Part shown: positions 1-10,724 of the stretch, piece after piece
How positions within the stretch are numbered: position 1 is the stretch's first letter
Layout: every line of letters starts with the position of its first letter
Assembly (NCBI GenBank): GCA_035402765.1
Contig: DAONDX010000002.1
Location: 1,173 to 65,172 of the forward strand
Direction of reading: 5' to 3'
Source of the DNA: Candidatus Omnitrophota bacterium
GTDB lineage: Bacteria > Omnitrophota > Gorgyraeia > Gygaellales > Profunditerraquicolaceae
DNA length: 64,000 nucleotides
The notes under the pieces: generated by a model
Told to the model about the DNA's origin: nothing
Database searches by the model: none
Seen by the model: the letters and a program-made list of their open reading frames with translations, nothing else
Made by a program: the position numbers and the translations under genes

Positions 1-772
<772 letters not shown>

Positions 773-873
773 TTATACACACAAAAATCTTCAAGTCAAG
801 GAAGAAAAGAATTGACTAAAGTTTCCGGATATGTTATTTTCTATATATTCGTACCGCAAAAAAATGGAGCAAA

Positions 874-2523
874 ATGAATTGGAAAAAGGTTAAATTCTAC
901 GTAAAACTACACTGGTTAAAAACCCTGCTCATTATCTTCCTGGGAGGCTTAACTATTTCGTTAGTCTTCCTGGTTATTATCGGCATACGCGCCTGGAACG
1001 AATCTGAATCCTATCTCAGGCAATCACAGCTAGCCATGATCCCCCTGCAGTTATATCTGCAAATTATCATGGCTTTTATCTTCGGTTTTGTATACACCTA
1101 TTTAATGTACTGGCTTTATTTTAAACGCGGAGCCTCATCATTCACCCAAACCAACAAAAAAGCTGTTTCCGGAGGAGATGTTGGAATTAACTGGGCGGAT
1201 GTTATTGGAATGGACGAAGCCAAACAGGAAGCCCTGGAAATCGTCAGTTTAATTACCGACCGCGCCAGCCTCCAGCGGATCGGAGGTAAAATCCTCAAAG
1301 GAATACTAATGCTCGGTCCTCCGGGTTGCGGAAAAACTTATCTGGCTAAAGCGATCGCCACAGAAGCCAAGCTGCCTTTTATCTCGATGTCCGGTTCGGA
1401 ATTTGTGGAAATGTTTGTCGGAGTAGGCGCCGGGCGGGTACGTTCGCTTTTTAAAAGAGCCCAACAGCTAGCGGAACTAGAAGGCGGCTGCATTATTTTT
1501 ATTGATGAAATTGACGCCGTTGGCGCGCAGCGTTCCATGAGCCGCGGGTTCGGCGGAAGTACCGAGCACAACACTACTTTAAACCAATTATTAGTAGAAA
1601 TGGACGGCCTGAAAGATAAGGATTACAATATTGTTTTAATCGGGGCCACGAACGCACCCGAAACTTACCTTGATCCGGCGTTGCTGCGTCCGGGAAGATT
1701 TGACCGAAAAGTGATCGTTGACAAGCCTAATCTGGAAGACCGCCAAAAGCTTTTTGCGTATTATCTCCAAAAAGTCAAATATGATCCGGCGGACGTAAAA
1801 ATTGACCGGCTGGCCCGGATTACTGTCGGACAAAGCCCGGCCGATATTGCTAATATCGTACGCGAAGCCGCGCTGATTACCGTACGCAATCAAAATTCAT
1901 CGATCTCTATGAAAGAAATTGATGAAGCGCGGGAAAGAATCGCCCTGGGGATAAAACGCCGAGTTAGATTAAGCGATAAGGAAAAAAGACAAACCGCTTA
2001 TCATGAAAGCGGCCATGCCATTATCACTTACCTGCTTGCTCCTTCCAAAGACGTCTTTAAGATCACCATTACCCCGCGCGGACCCACGGGTGGGGCAACC
2101 TGGATCCCGGAAAGGGAGGATACTTTTATCGAAGATTCAAACAATCTGCTCAGTAAAATCAAGATCAGCCTTGGTTCATATGCGGCTGAGAAGATTAAAT
2201 TCAACGCCACCACCAGCGGAGTCTACGGAGATTTCTCCAGCGCCATGCACCATGCCCATAATATGGTTTGGGTTTGCGGTATGGGTAAAAGCGGATTTCT
2301 AGGTAACTGGGAAATTGTTGATAAAATCTCCGAGGATGTCAAAGCTAAGCTTGACGCGGATGTCCAGGAAATATTAAGCCGCTGCCTTATTGAAGTAACT
2401 GAATTGCTTAAAAAAGAAGAACCCCTTATGGATCGGCTGGCCCAAGAGCTGGTAGCCAAAGATGAACTTAATTATGATGAAATCGAAGCTATCTTCAAAG
2501 AGTTTGGTAAAAGTCGCCCTTAA
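874..2523 (+). CDS. ftsH: ATP-dependent zinc metalloprotease FtsH-like, with a short N-terminus lacking the large periplasmic domain.
   Basis: Walker A GPPGCGKT; AAA+ second region; HEXXH zinc motif HESGHAI; two N-terminal TM helices. Confidence 0.85.
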   Translation: MNWKKVKFYVKLHWLKTLLIIFLGGLTISLVFLVIIGIRAWNESESYLRQSQLAMIPLQLYLQIIMAFIFGFVYTYLMYWLYFKRGASSFTQTNKKAVSGGDVGINWADVIGMDEAKQEALEIVSLITDRASLQRIGGKILKGILMLGPPGCGKTYLAKAIATEAKLPFISMSGSEFVEMFVGVGAGRVRSLFKRAQQLAELEGGCIIFIDEIDAVGAQRSMSRGFGGSTEHNTTLNQLLVEMDGLKDKDYNIVLIGATNAPETYLDPALLRPGRFDRKVIVDKPNLEDRQKLFAYYLQKVKYDPADVKIDRLARITVGQSPADIANIVREAALITVRNQNSSISMKEIDEARERIALGIKRRVRLSDKEKRQTAYHESGHAIITYLLAPSKDVFKITITPRGPTGGATWIPEREDTFIEDSNNLLSKIKISLGSYAAEKIKFNATTSGVYGDFSSAMHHAHNMVWVCGMGKSGFLGNWEIVDKISEDVKAKLDADVQEILSRCLIEVTELLKKEEPLMDRLAQELVAKDELNYDEIEAIFKEFGKSRP

Positions 2524-3361
2524 GATCATACCTTTAATTCTATTCTTATCCGCCTGTAACTCTTCAGTTAGCCCCTCATTTTTAAAAGAAAATATAACTC
2601 AGGCCGTTACCGATATCTGCAAAAAAGAATATCAGATCGATACCGTAACTACCCTCACCGGCCATACCCTCTGGGTATATATGCCGCTTGAGAATATTAT
2701 TACTAAACCCGAAAAACCCGAAAAATATCTGGAAAGATTTTTATTGGAAGACCAAAAGAATTATTTGGATGAAAAAGTTCTAAAAGTTAATTATTCGGTC
2801 CGGCCGGTGGAGGAAAAAGAAAAGTCTCAGGAAATGGCCCTGAACAAATCTGTAAATGAGAAAATTTTCAGCATACTACAAGTTATCCGCCGCGTGCTTT
2901 TTAGCATGGACCATACCCAAAAGGATATCCCCAAATTTTTCTGTATTGTTACTGCCGATATCCGCAACGGCTTTGAACTAAAACAAATTTTTTATTTACC
3001 CGACCTGAAAAAACTCTCCTATAATTTTATTTCTCAAACCGAATACCAGCACCGGATCCTCCAGGATACCGCAATTTCCGCTGGCATTATCGGAGACCGG
3101 GCAGGGAGCCATTTAAATTACCGGGATATTACTTTAGAGGAGTTTCTCTCAGACCAAATTCAAACGCGGATTAAGCTTAAATTTCAAAAACCTGAGGTAG
3201 AAGCAAATGTGGATATTGATAAAGAAGTTCTAAAAATAGTCACCTATACCTTGTCGGCTTATCAATTCAAAGATTTTTCTCTCCTGGAATTAACTAACCT
3301 GGCCAACGGTAAAAAAATAATTCTTAACCAAACTGCCATCCTGGCTAACTCTAAAGAGTAG
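2462..3361 (+). CDS. Hypothetical lipoprotein (lipobox LFLSAC). The start is uncertain because the ORF overlaps the ftsH 3' end.
   Basis: Signal peptide plus Cys lipobox; no recognisable domain. Confidence 0.45.
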   Translation: MNLIMMKSKLSSKSLVKVALKIIPLILFLSACNSSVSPSFLKENITQAVTDICKKEYQIDTVTTLTGHTLWVYMPLENIITKPEKPEKYLERFLLEDQKNYLDEKVLKVNYSVRPVEEKEKSQEMALNKSVNEKIFSILQVIRRVLFSMDHTQKDIPKFFCIVTADIRNGFELKQIFYLPDLKKLSYNFISQTEYQHRILQDTAISAGIIGDRAGSHLNYRDITLEEFLSDQIQTRIKLKFQKPEVEANVDIDKEVLKIVTYTLSAYQFKDFSLLELTNLANGKKIILNQTAILANSKE

Positions 3362-3411
3362 AAATTTAGCCGCATTCCCATTATTCTGGATAAAACTTAA
3401 GAAAATTTATT

Positions 3412-3996
3412 TTACCGGCAGGAGTTTATTTTGCCGCTGGCGAATAATGCAATCGCCTGAGGATAAAGCTTATGCTCGAGGGCGTGAATTCTTTTTTCTA
3501 GAGAAGCCAATGTCTCCTTGCGGTTAATTTTAATCGCCTGCTGCAGGATGACCGGGCCGTGATCAATTTCCTGATCAATAAAATGCACCGTAACCCCCGT
3601 AGAGTCAACGCCTGAGGCAAAAGCATCTTTTATCGCGTGGGCGCCTTTAAATGCCGGAAGCAATGCCGGATGAATATTAATGATCCGATTGCGATAAAGC
3701 TTAACAAAATCCGGACTAAGTATGCGCATAAAACCGGCTAGAACGATCAGATCGATCTTATAGTCTTTTAATCGCTGGATGATCGCGGTTTCAAAATCCA
3801 GACGGCTGGGAAAATCTTCGCGCCTGACTAAAACGACCCGCACTCCGGCAATTTGAGCGCGCTTAATTACAGGGGCAAGCGGCTGATCACAAACTAAAAC
3901 TTGCAGCTTAGCCTTGATTTTATTCTGTTTTATGGCTTTGACAATCGCCGAGAAATTACTCCCCCGGCCGGAAGCAAAAACAGCTAAATTCATCAT
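3412..3996 (-). CDS. purN: Phosphoribosylglycinamide formyltransferase
   Basis: MMNLAVFASGRGSNF...; formyl-transferase motifs; 194 aa. Confidence 0.85.
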   Translation of the reverse strand: MMNLAVFASGRGSNFSAIVKAIKQNKIKAKLQVLVCDQPLAPVIKRAQIAGVRVVLVRREDFPSRLDFETAIIQRLKDYKIDLIVLAGFMRILSPDFVKLYRNRIINIHPALLPAFKGAHAIKDAFASGVDSTGVTVHFIDQEIDHGPVILQQAIKINRKETLASLEKRIHALEHKLYPQAIALFASGKINSCR

Positions 3997-4087
3997 GCCC
4001 CTTCCTGCCTGCCGGCAAAGCTGGCTCTCTGATTCAGCGCGTTAAACCGGAAATCTTTAAAATTTAGAAATTCAGAAGACGCATAAT
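3997..4087 (-). repeat. Intercistronic element copy, rnfB stop to purN start. 5' GCGTCTTCT is complementary to 3' AGGAAGGGGC, which is followed by ATGATG.
   Basis: Same stop-to-start architecture as the other copies; diverged sequence. Confidence 0.4.
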
Positions 4088-4876
4088 TCATTCTCTTACC
4101 ATTATCGTTTTAGCCGGGCAGACCTTTACGCATTCCTGGCAGGAAGTACATTTATGATAATCAATTACCGCCAAATTATCTACTACATGTATCGCATCAA
4201 ACTTGCAGGCCTTCTCACACAATTTACAGGCGATACAACCTACCGGACAAATACTTTTGACATCTTTACCCGGATCAGTCGAACTACAGGCCACATAAAC
4301 AGAATTAGTTATTGAAACCAGTGAAAATATTTTTTTCGGGCAGGACAAAACACATTTGTTGCAAGAACGGCACTTAATTTTATCTACTACAGGTAAGTTC
4401 TGTTCGGACATGCTAATCGCCCCGAACGGGCAGGCCTTAACACAAGTGCCAAACCCCAGGCAGGAAAAAACACAGGTTTTTTGCCCCCCTAAAACCAAAT
4501 TCGCAGTAATACAATCATGAACTCCGTCATATAAATATTTATCCTTGACCCTCGAGCCTCCGTTGCAATGCACAGTAGCAATCTTTTTATTTTGTTTGAC
4601 CAGCGCCAAACCTAAAATCTCAGCAATCTTTTCTCTGGATTCATCGCTGCATACCCGGCAATTATCTACCTGTCCTTGACCGTTAACCAAGCTTTCGGCA
4701 AAACCGAAACAACCCGGATTTCCGCAAGCCCCGCAATTTGACCCGGGCAAAAGATGCTGCACCTGGTCTAATTTCAGATTAATCGTAACGGCCAGTTTTT
4801 TTGAAGCAATCGCCAAACCGATGCCGAAGACTAAGCCTAAAATTCCTAAGATCAAAATCGCAATCAAGATTTCCAT
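4088..4876 (-). CDS. rnfB: Rnf electron-transport complex subunit B (polyferredoxin)
   Basis: N-terminal TM helix plus multiple CxxCxxCxxxCP 4Fe-4S motifs; last gene of the rnf cluster. Confidence 0.85.
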   Translation of the reverse strand: MEILIAILILGILGLVFGIGLAIASKKLAVTINLKLDQVQHLLPGSNCGACGNPGCFGFAESLVNGQGQVDNCRVCSDESREKIAEILGLALVKQNKKIATVHCNGGSRVKDKYLYDGVHDCITANLVLGGQKTCVFSCLGFGTCVKACPFGAISMSEQNLPVVDKIKCRSCNKCVLSCPKKIFSLVSITNSVYVACSSTDPGKDVKSICPVGCIACKLCEKACKFDAIHVVDNLAVIDYHKCTSCQECVKVCPAKTIMVRE

Positions 4877-4880
4877 ATGA

Positions 4881-5489
4881 TCAGAATTTAAACCCGCTAA
4901 AACCCATAAAACTTAAACTTAAGATTGAAGCAATGATAAATGCCAGAGGGAAATCGCGAACCGACTTAGGAACATTACAAAGCTCGATCCTCTCCCTGAT
5001 GCCGGACATTAACAGCATCGCCAAAGTATACCCTAATCCTACGCATACGCCCTGAAAAACAGAATAATAAAAACTTCCCGCCACGGCCTTACCATTTACA
5101 AAAAACATATCAATATTCAACACCGCTACGCCTAATACCGCGCAGTTTACGGTAATTAAAGGCAGGTAAATCCCGAAAGCACGGTACAGCTGAGGGCTTA
5201 ACTTTCTAATCACCATTTCTACGAGCTGAACAAAAGTAGCAATAACCAGAATAAAAGAAATCGTCCGCAAATAAGCCAGATTAAAAGGTAAAAGTAGAAA
5301 ACGATAAACAAACCAGGTGATGATCGATGACATGACGATCACGAACATTACCGCCGAACTCATCGCCAGGGCGGGTTTAGTTTCTTTAGAAATAGCAATA
5401 AATGAGCAGAGTCCTAAAAAACGCGAAAGGATAACGTTATAAACAAATACCGCGGAGATAAATATCGTTAAGAATTCCTGGACGTTCAC
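4881..5489 (-). CDS. rnfA: Rnf complex subunit A; GTG start
   Basis: LGLCSF motif; NqrE/RnfA-like 6-TM protein; start codon is cac on plus at 5487-5489, i.e. GTG. Confidence 0.85.
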   Translation of the reverse strand: MNVQEFLTIFISAVFVYNVILSRFLGLCSFIAISKETKPALAMSSAVMFVIVMSSIITWFVYRFLLLPFNLAYLRTISFILVIATFVQLVEMVIRKLSPQLYRAFGIYLPLITVNCAVLGVAVLNIDMFFVNGKAVAGSFYYSVFQGVCVGLGYTLAMLLMSGIRERIELCNVPKSVRDFPLAFIIASILSLSFMGFSGFKF

Positions 5490-5562
5490 CGCGCACCTTC
5501 TTTCTTACTTAATTTATCCAACCATCTGGTTTTAATATTTAAATATATAGAAGGTGCGCGAT
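5490..5562 (-). repeat. Intercistronic element copy 1 (73 nt), rnfE stop to rnfA GTG
   Basis: Minus strand: TGA atcGCGCACCTTCT-47nt-AAGAAAGAAGGTGCGCGgtg. An 11-bp inverted repeat pairs the anti-SD-like segment with the SD. Confidence 0.7.
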
Positions 5563-6156
5563 TCATGCTTTTTTATCCTTAAGTAAATTAAACAAGCCCA
5601 GTAAAAGACCGATCACTAAAAGCGCGCCCGAAGGCATGCCAAAAACAAAAATCGGTTCAAATCCTTTGATCAAAGTTACCCCAAGAATTTGACCGGAACC
5701 CAAAAACTCCCTGACCGCGGAAATAAGGATCAGCGCTAAGGTAAATCCTACACCCATGCCTAAACCATCAAAGAATGAACGCCCTAAATTATTCTTACAG
5801 GCAAATGCTTCCGCGCGGCCTAAAACAATGCAGTTAACTACGATCAGCGGGACATAAATACCTAAAGAACGATTTAACGCCGGGCTATAGGCTTTCATGC
5901 ATAACTCAATGATCGTGACAAAAGTAGCGATAATGACAATATAACATGGGATACGGATCTTGTCCGGGATAAGGTTCCGGACTAACGAAATAATTAGACT
6001 GGAGCCCAACAGCACAAAAGTAGCCGCAATGCCCATACCAATAGCATTAGCTACCGAAACGGAAACTGCCAGCGTAGGGCATAATCCTAAAACCAGAACA
6101 AAAGTAGGATTTTCCCTAATTAGACCTTTGGTAAATTCTTTAACCGAGTTTTTCAT
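5563..6156 (-). CDS. rnfE: Rnf complex subunit E
   Basis: LGLCPTLAV motif; NqrD/RnfE family. Confidence 0.85.
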   Translation of the reverse strand: MKNSVKEFTKGLIRENPTFVLVLGLCPTLAVSVSVANAIGMGIAATFVLLGSSLIISLVRNLIPDKIRIPCYIVIIATFVTIIELCMKAYSPALNRSLGIYVPLIVVNCIVLGRAEAFACKNNLGRSFFDGLGMGVGFTLALILISAVREFLGSGQILGVTLIKGFEPIFVFGMPSGALLVIGLLLGLFNLLKDKKA

Positions 6157-7094
6157 TTTACGCCATAGATCCTGTTTTTAGTAAAACGGTCGATCAGCGG
6201 GGTAGCGGCATTCATCATTAAAATAGCGTAAGAAACACCTTCGGGATACCCTCCCCAAATCCGGATCACCGCAGTAAGTAAACCGCAACCGATACCAAAA
6301 ATCAACTGGCCGCGAGCCGTTAAGGGAGTAGCCACATAATCCGTAGCCATAAAAAATGCCCCCAGGATCAGCCCGCCGCTTAAGATCTGGAATAGCCAAT
6401 CTCCGCCGAAAAACTTCTCCGCCCCGAAAATATAAGTAAAAACAGCTGTAGTAAAAATATAAGTTGCCGGAATATGCCAGGAAATATAACCTTTAATTAA
6501 AAGTATGGCCGCGCCGATCAATAAAGCCAAAATACAAACTTCACCAATACAGCCACCGTGCTTACCTAAAAACAGATCCCAATATGAAATGTGGTCTAGA
6601 ACCCTGCCTTCCTTAAGCATGGCCAGAGGAGTAGCGCTGGTTACAGCATCATAGCTAAACGGACCGGTAAAAGTAGTCATATATTTCGGCCAGGAAGCCA
6701 TCAGAAAAACTCTGCCTACCAACGCCGGATTAAAAATATTCTGGCCTAAGCCGCCAAAAATCTGTTTACCGATCGCGATAGAAAATATCGCTCCCACAAC
6801 CGGCAGCCATAGTGGAACTGTAGAAGGAAGATTAAAAGCTAACAAGATACCGGTAATTACCGCCGAGCCATCCAGAATAGTGATCTTTTTCTTAGTGAAT
6901 ATCCCAAAACAAAGTTCCGTTAACAGAGCCGCGCAGGTGGCAGCCAGGGTAACCCATAAAGCATCCAAACCGAATATAATTATCCCCGCGATTAAAGCGG
7001 GAATGAGGCTGATCACCACTGTCCACATAATCCGGGAAACGGACGCGGGTTTATGAATATGCGGTGAACCTGAAACAATAAGATTATTCATCAT
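6153..7094 (-). CDS. rnfD: Rnf complex subunit D (NqrB-like, FMN-binding membrane subunit)
   Basis: SGSPHIHKPASVSRIM, QIFGGLGQNIFNPAL, SGGLILGAFFMATD and a C-terminal GGYPEGVSYAIL...PLIDRFT match E. coli RsxD. Confidence 0.85.
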   Translation of the reverse strand: MMNNLIVSGSPHIHKPASVSRIMWTVVISLIPALIAGIIIFGLDALWVTLAATCAALLTELCFGIFTKKKITILDGSAVITGILLAFNLPSTVPLWLPVVGAIFSIAIGKQIFGGLGQNIFNPALVGRVFLMASWPKYMTTFTGPFSYDAVTSATPLAMLKEGRVLDHISYWDLFLGKHGGCIGEVCILALLIGAAILLIKGYISWHIPATYIFTTAVFTYIFGAEKFFGGDWLFQILSGGLILGAFFMATDYVATPLTARGQLIFGIGCGLLTAVIRIWGGYPEGVSYAILMMNAATPLIDRFTKNRIYGVK

Positions 7095-7614
7095 TTTTTA
7101 TTAACTCTTTTATCTCTTTTGCCTTCTGCATCACTGAATCCATGACCGCGCGGCTGGAAATGGTTGCCCCGGTGATCGCTTGAACCCCGGATAAAGTTAA
7201 ACTATCCTGTTGGCAAAACTGCTCCGTAAATTTTTTCTCGGTTACCCGCATGCCTAATCCCGGAGTCTCATTCACCGATATAATTTTTATCGCGCTAATT
7301 TTTTCATCCAGGAATATCCCGGCCAGGGTTTCAATTACGCTGGAATACCCCTTACCGCTGGCGCGGAAAACAAAACCAATCAGCTTATCCTGCCCATCAA
7401 TTGCTTTATAATATAACGTTTCATTATTAGCATCCGGTTTAACTGCGATAAATTTAGCCGCTTGCGGCATAACTTCTTTAAGTGCCGACTGCTCTTCGGA
7501 TTGAGCAGCGGCAATAATTCTAGGCCCGGTAAGCTTATTCACTGTCGCCAGAAGCCCGGCGGCAATCACACAAATCATTGCCAGAATTAAACCGTATCTG
7601 ACCATTTCTTTCAC
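7084..7614 (-). CDS. rnfG: Rnf complex subunit G (NqrC-like, covalent FMN); GTG start
   Basis: KGYSSVIETLAG, ETPGLG and the flavinylation motif ITGATISSRAV match RsxG. Confidence 0.85.
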   Translation of the reverse strand: MKEMVRYGLILAMICVIAAGLLATVNKLTGPRIIAAAQSEEQSALKEVMPQAAKFIAVKPDANNETLYYKAIDGQDKLIGFVFRASGKGYSSVIETLAGIFLDEKISAIKIISVNETPGLGMRVTEKKFTEQFCQQDSLTLSGVQAITGATISSRAVMDSVMQKAKEIKELIKNDE

Positions 7615-7687
7615 CGCGCACCTTCTTTCTGATTTAAATTACCAAACCCCGCAGACTTAATCGCCGAATATCCAGAAGACGCCTGGT
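7615..7687 (-). repeat. Intercistronic element copy 2 (73 nt), rnfC stop to rnfG GTG
   Basis: Minus strand: TGA accagGCGTCTTCTgg...AATCAGAAAGAAGGTGCGCGgtg. Confidence 0.65.
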
Positions 7688-8956
7688 TCATCTGGTTACC
7701 TCCAGCTTTGCCCTTTTAATCGTCTGTAATAATCTGCGGTTAGAAGGACAAACATAGTTGCATATGCCGCACTCGATACAATCGCTGGCACCATATTCTT
7801 TAGTTAATTTCCAAAGGGATCTTTCCGAAGCTAAATTAATTTGACAGGGCATTAACCCCACCGGACAGCCGCGCACACAGGCAGCGCAACGGATACAAGG
7901 ATCCTCATTTTGCATTTTAGCTTCATTTTTATTCATCAGCAATAAACCGCTGCTGGATTTTATAATCGGTACTTCCTGCGTATACTGGGCAATGCCCATC
8001 ATCGGTCCGCCGATAATGATCTTGGCCGGAGGTTCTTTAAGCGGCCCGCAAAACTCGATCAAATCCTTAATCGGTGTGCCTAGGCGTACAAGTAAATTTT
8101 TAGGAGAATTCAGGCAGCTGCCGGTAACAGTGACTATCCGTTCAATTAAAGGTTTGCCTTTATAAACCGCTTCATAAATCGCATAAACCGTCGCGACATT
8201 TTGCACCAGAACTCCAAGGTCAAAAGGCAGCTTACCGCGGGGAACCTCCCGGCCGAGTATATTTTTAATTAATTGTTTTTCTCCGCCTTGAGGATATTCT
8301 GCAGGAAGAACTTTAACTTTGATACCCGGAATTTCAGAAAAAACTTGAATGGCTTCAGGTTTATTCTCTTCTATTCCCATATAGATATCTTTTATGCCCA
8401 AACATCTGGCAATTAAGAATATACCTGCGGATATCTGGCTGGTCTTTTCAACCATCAAACGCGCATCGGCTGTTAAATAAGGTTCACACTCTGCGCCATT
8501 GATAATCAAAACATCCAGCGGCCGGGGCGGATTAAGTTTAATGTGCGTGGGAAAACTTGCCCCGCCCATGCCGACTATCCCGGCATCTAAAACAATCTTT
8601 TGCAGCTCTGGAAGCGTGAGCTTATCTATTTGCCGCTGATCTTTCAGGAGGTATTCTGACGGATTATCCTGCCCGTCGGCTTCAATCACCACAGCTTTGG
8701 CTCTCCCCAAAACCGGATGCGGCCAATCCTGGATTGCCACAACCTTACCCGATATTGAAGCATGAACCGGCGCGTAGAGGCGGGCGGAAATGCTGGCGAT
8801 CATTTGTCCGGAACTGACCGTATCCCCAACCTTTACTTGCGGGTTGCATAACTTACCTAAATGCTGGATTAAAGGAATATAAACTTTTACCGGCAGCGGA
8901 AAATTCTGCGTCAGCTTATTTTCCGAATAATGTTTATTCTCCGCTAATCTAACCAT
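7688..8956 (-). CDS. rnfC: Rnf complex subunit C (NADH-binding, 2x4Fe-4S)
   Basis: RnfC-N / SLBB domain; C-terminal CxxCxxCxxxCP x2. Confidence 0.85.
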   Translation of the reverse strand: MVRLAENKHYSENKLTQNFPLPVKVYIPLIQHLGKLCNPQVKVGDTVSSGQMIASISARLYAPVHASISGKVVAIQDWPHPVLGRAKAVVIEADGQDNPSEYLLKDQRQIDKLTLPELQKIVLDAGIVGMGGASFPTHIKLNPPRPLDVLIINGAECEPYLTADARLMVEKTSQISAGIFLIARCLGIKDIYMGIEENKPEAIQVFSEIPGIKVKVLPAEYPQGGEKQLIKNILGREVPRGKLPFDLGVLVQNVATVYAIYEAVYKGKPLIERIVTVTGSCLNSPKNLLVRLGTPIKDLIEFCGPLKEPPAKIIIGGPMMGIAQYTQEVPIIKSSSGLLLMNKNEAKMQNEDPCIRCAACVRGCPVGLMPCQINLASERSLWKLTKEYGASDCIECGICNYVCPSNRRLLQTIKRAKLEVTR

Positions 8957-10203
8957 GCTACCTTTCGGTTAAAGATCAAACTAGTTAAACCCAAGATGCT
9001 CAACAGGCATCCGACACAAACCAAGATTGACACATGTGAAAATTTCTCCGCCAGCAAACTGCTGATGAACATAAACAAAAGAAAACCCAGATGCATCACT
9101 ATTTCTAAGGAACTGAAAATCTTGCCCATCATTTCATTATCACTGACCTTATGGATAATCGTATTGGAAGCAATCATAATCGGAGCAATAATCAAGCCCA
9201 GGCATAAAGCTAAAAATGCCGCGATAATGAAATTAGGAAAATAGAATATCCCTAAAGCAAAAATGACCAGCATAATCCCGCTGGCAATTAAACAGGCAAA
9301 GATGATCTTGTAGTGCGAAATACGCTGGCCGAATTTGCCATAAATTAAAGAACCCAGGAATAAACCGATTCCTAAAAACATAACCAAAAGCCCCAGGTCC
9401 TTAGTTGCCGAATGCAGCGTTTTTTGCACAAAAACGATCACCACGACATAAACCGCCCCCAGCGCCGACCAAAGCGCAAAAATTATCCCGGCGGTAAAAC
9501 GAATATCTTTTTTCCGGATAAAATACAAAATCCCCTCTTTAATCTCCTGGACTACGGATTTTCTAATTACCTCCACAATCTCTTTACTGACTTCTTTAAA
9601 CTTAAAATTCATCGCAGCCACAAAACGCTTGGAAATCAAAAAAATAAATGTCCCGGAAATTAAAAAACTCAATGAATCCAGATAAAAACCGCTTTTGGCT
9701 CCCAGCTTCTCCACCAGTACTCCGCTGATCCCAAAACCTAGAACTGCCGCGATCATTCCGGAAGTATTAATAAGTGAATTGGCAATCAGCAAGTCTTTTT
9801 TATCTACCAGATCCGGAATAATCGATAGTTTAGCCGGGACGAAAAATCTGCCTATAGAAAAAGAAATAAAGATAATCAAATAAATCGGGGCCAAATTTTT
9901 AGTATAGAATAAAAATAGCGGGATGGAAAAAGACAATAAGCTGCGCAGAAAATCGCAGGCATACATCGTACGCCGCCTGTCCCAGCGGTCAACATATACC
10001 CCGGCAACCGGGCCGATCAGAAACACGGGGATAATCGTAAAGGAAAGAATCTTGGCAATTTGTAAAGTTGAACCCGGAGCACGCAGGTAAACAAAACCGA
10101 TCAGGGCCATCTGGCCTAGCCGATCACCCAACTGAGAAACAATCTGACCGCCCCACAGTAAAAAGAAGTTACGGTTTTTTAAAACTTCACGGAATTTGGC
10201 CAT
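8944..10203 (-). CDS. MFS transporter
   Basis: 12 predicted TM helices; MFS-like motifs; overlaps the rnfC start by 13 nt. Confidence 0.65.
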   Translation of the reverse strand: MAKFREVLKNRNFFLLWGGQIVSQLGDRLGQMALIGFVYLRAPGSTLQIAKILSFTIIPVFLIGPVAGVYVDRWDRRRTMYACDFLRSLLSFSIPLFLFYTKNLAPIYLIIFISFSIGRFFVPAKLSIIPDLVDKKDLLIANSLINTSGMIAAVLGFGISGVLVEKLGAKSGFYLDSLSFLISGTFIFLISKRFVAAMNFKFKEVSKEIVEVIRKSVVQEIKEGILYFIRKKDIRFTAGIIFALWSALGAVYVVVIVFVQKTLHSATKDLGLLVMFLGIGLFLGSLIYGKFGQRISHYKIIFACLIASGIMLVIFALGIFYFPNFIIAAFLALCLGLIIAPIMIASNTIIHKVSDNEMMGKIFSSLEIVMHLGFLLFMFISSLLAEKFSHVSILVCVGCLLSILGLTSLIFNRKVAWLD

Positions 10204-10273
10204 CAGTTTGGGTTAAAATACACCAACCGCTTGTTCCAGGAAACCCGGAATAGCTGCTATTAGAAAAAATTAA

Positions 10274-10345
10274 GCCGATGAGTGGAATCGAACCACCGAC
10301 CTTGACTTTACGAAAGTCCTGCTCTACCAACTGAGCTACATCGGC
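10274..10345 (-). tRNA. tRNA-Thr (anticodon CGU); no encoded CCA
   Basis: RC reads GCCGATG-TA-GCTC-AGTTGGTA-GAGC-A-GGACT-TTCGTAA-AGTCA-AGGTC-GGTGG-TTCGATT-CCACT-CATCGGC. Cloverleaf with a 7-nt anticodon loop TTCGTAA. Confidence 0.8.
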
Positions 10346-10387
10346 AATAATATTTTATAGCGAATCCGCCAACGCTTTAGTGGCGGA

Positions 10388-10403
10388 GAGCTACATCGGC
10401 AAT
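10388..10403 (-). repeat. 16-nt direct copy of the tRNA-Thr 5' end (gagctacatcggcaat), 42 nt upstream of the tRNA
   Basis: Exact repeat of plus 10333-10348. Confidence 0.6.
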
Positions 10404-10590
10404 TTTTCAAGTATTATACCAATTCCTGAACAATAGTCAATTACTCGCTCGCCTAAATCTTAAGCTCTCCTGCTCAATAATCAAAGACAGGCTAGCGGCT
10501 TATCAAGCATAAAAAATTACCTGGCCTAAAATCTAAGAAGATAATCTTTCCAAAACTCTGCGTTATCCGGCTTTTCCGCATTAAAAAAGA

Positions 10591-10618
10591 TTGACAAATC
10601 GATAATTCATGGTAAATT
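10591..10618 (+). promoter_or_regulatory. Sigma70-like promoter TTGACA-16-TAAATT driving the leader transcript upstream of cspA
   Basis: Consensus -35 with a good -10. Confidence 0.45.
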
Positions 10619-10678
10619 ATTGTAAATAAGCTTGAATTTAGAGGAGAAACAAAGAAATTGATTAGTAACACGCACAAA

Positions 10679-10724
10679 CCGCAAAGCAGCAACAAATAAT
10701 AACTATGCTTTGCGGATTTTTTTT
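10679..10724 (+). terminator. Intrinsic terminator: 10-bp stem CCGCAAAGCA/TGCTTTGCGG, 17-nt loop, then T8
   Basis: About 100 nt downstream of the promoter and ~100 nt upstream of the cspA ATG. Confidence 0.6.

Noticed and set aside
10492-10695. 67-aa minus-strand ORF between the tRNA-Thr and cspA
   Set aside because: It overlaps the cspA promoter and leader terminator region on the opposite strand. It has no SD and low-complexity composition.
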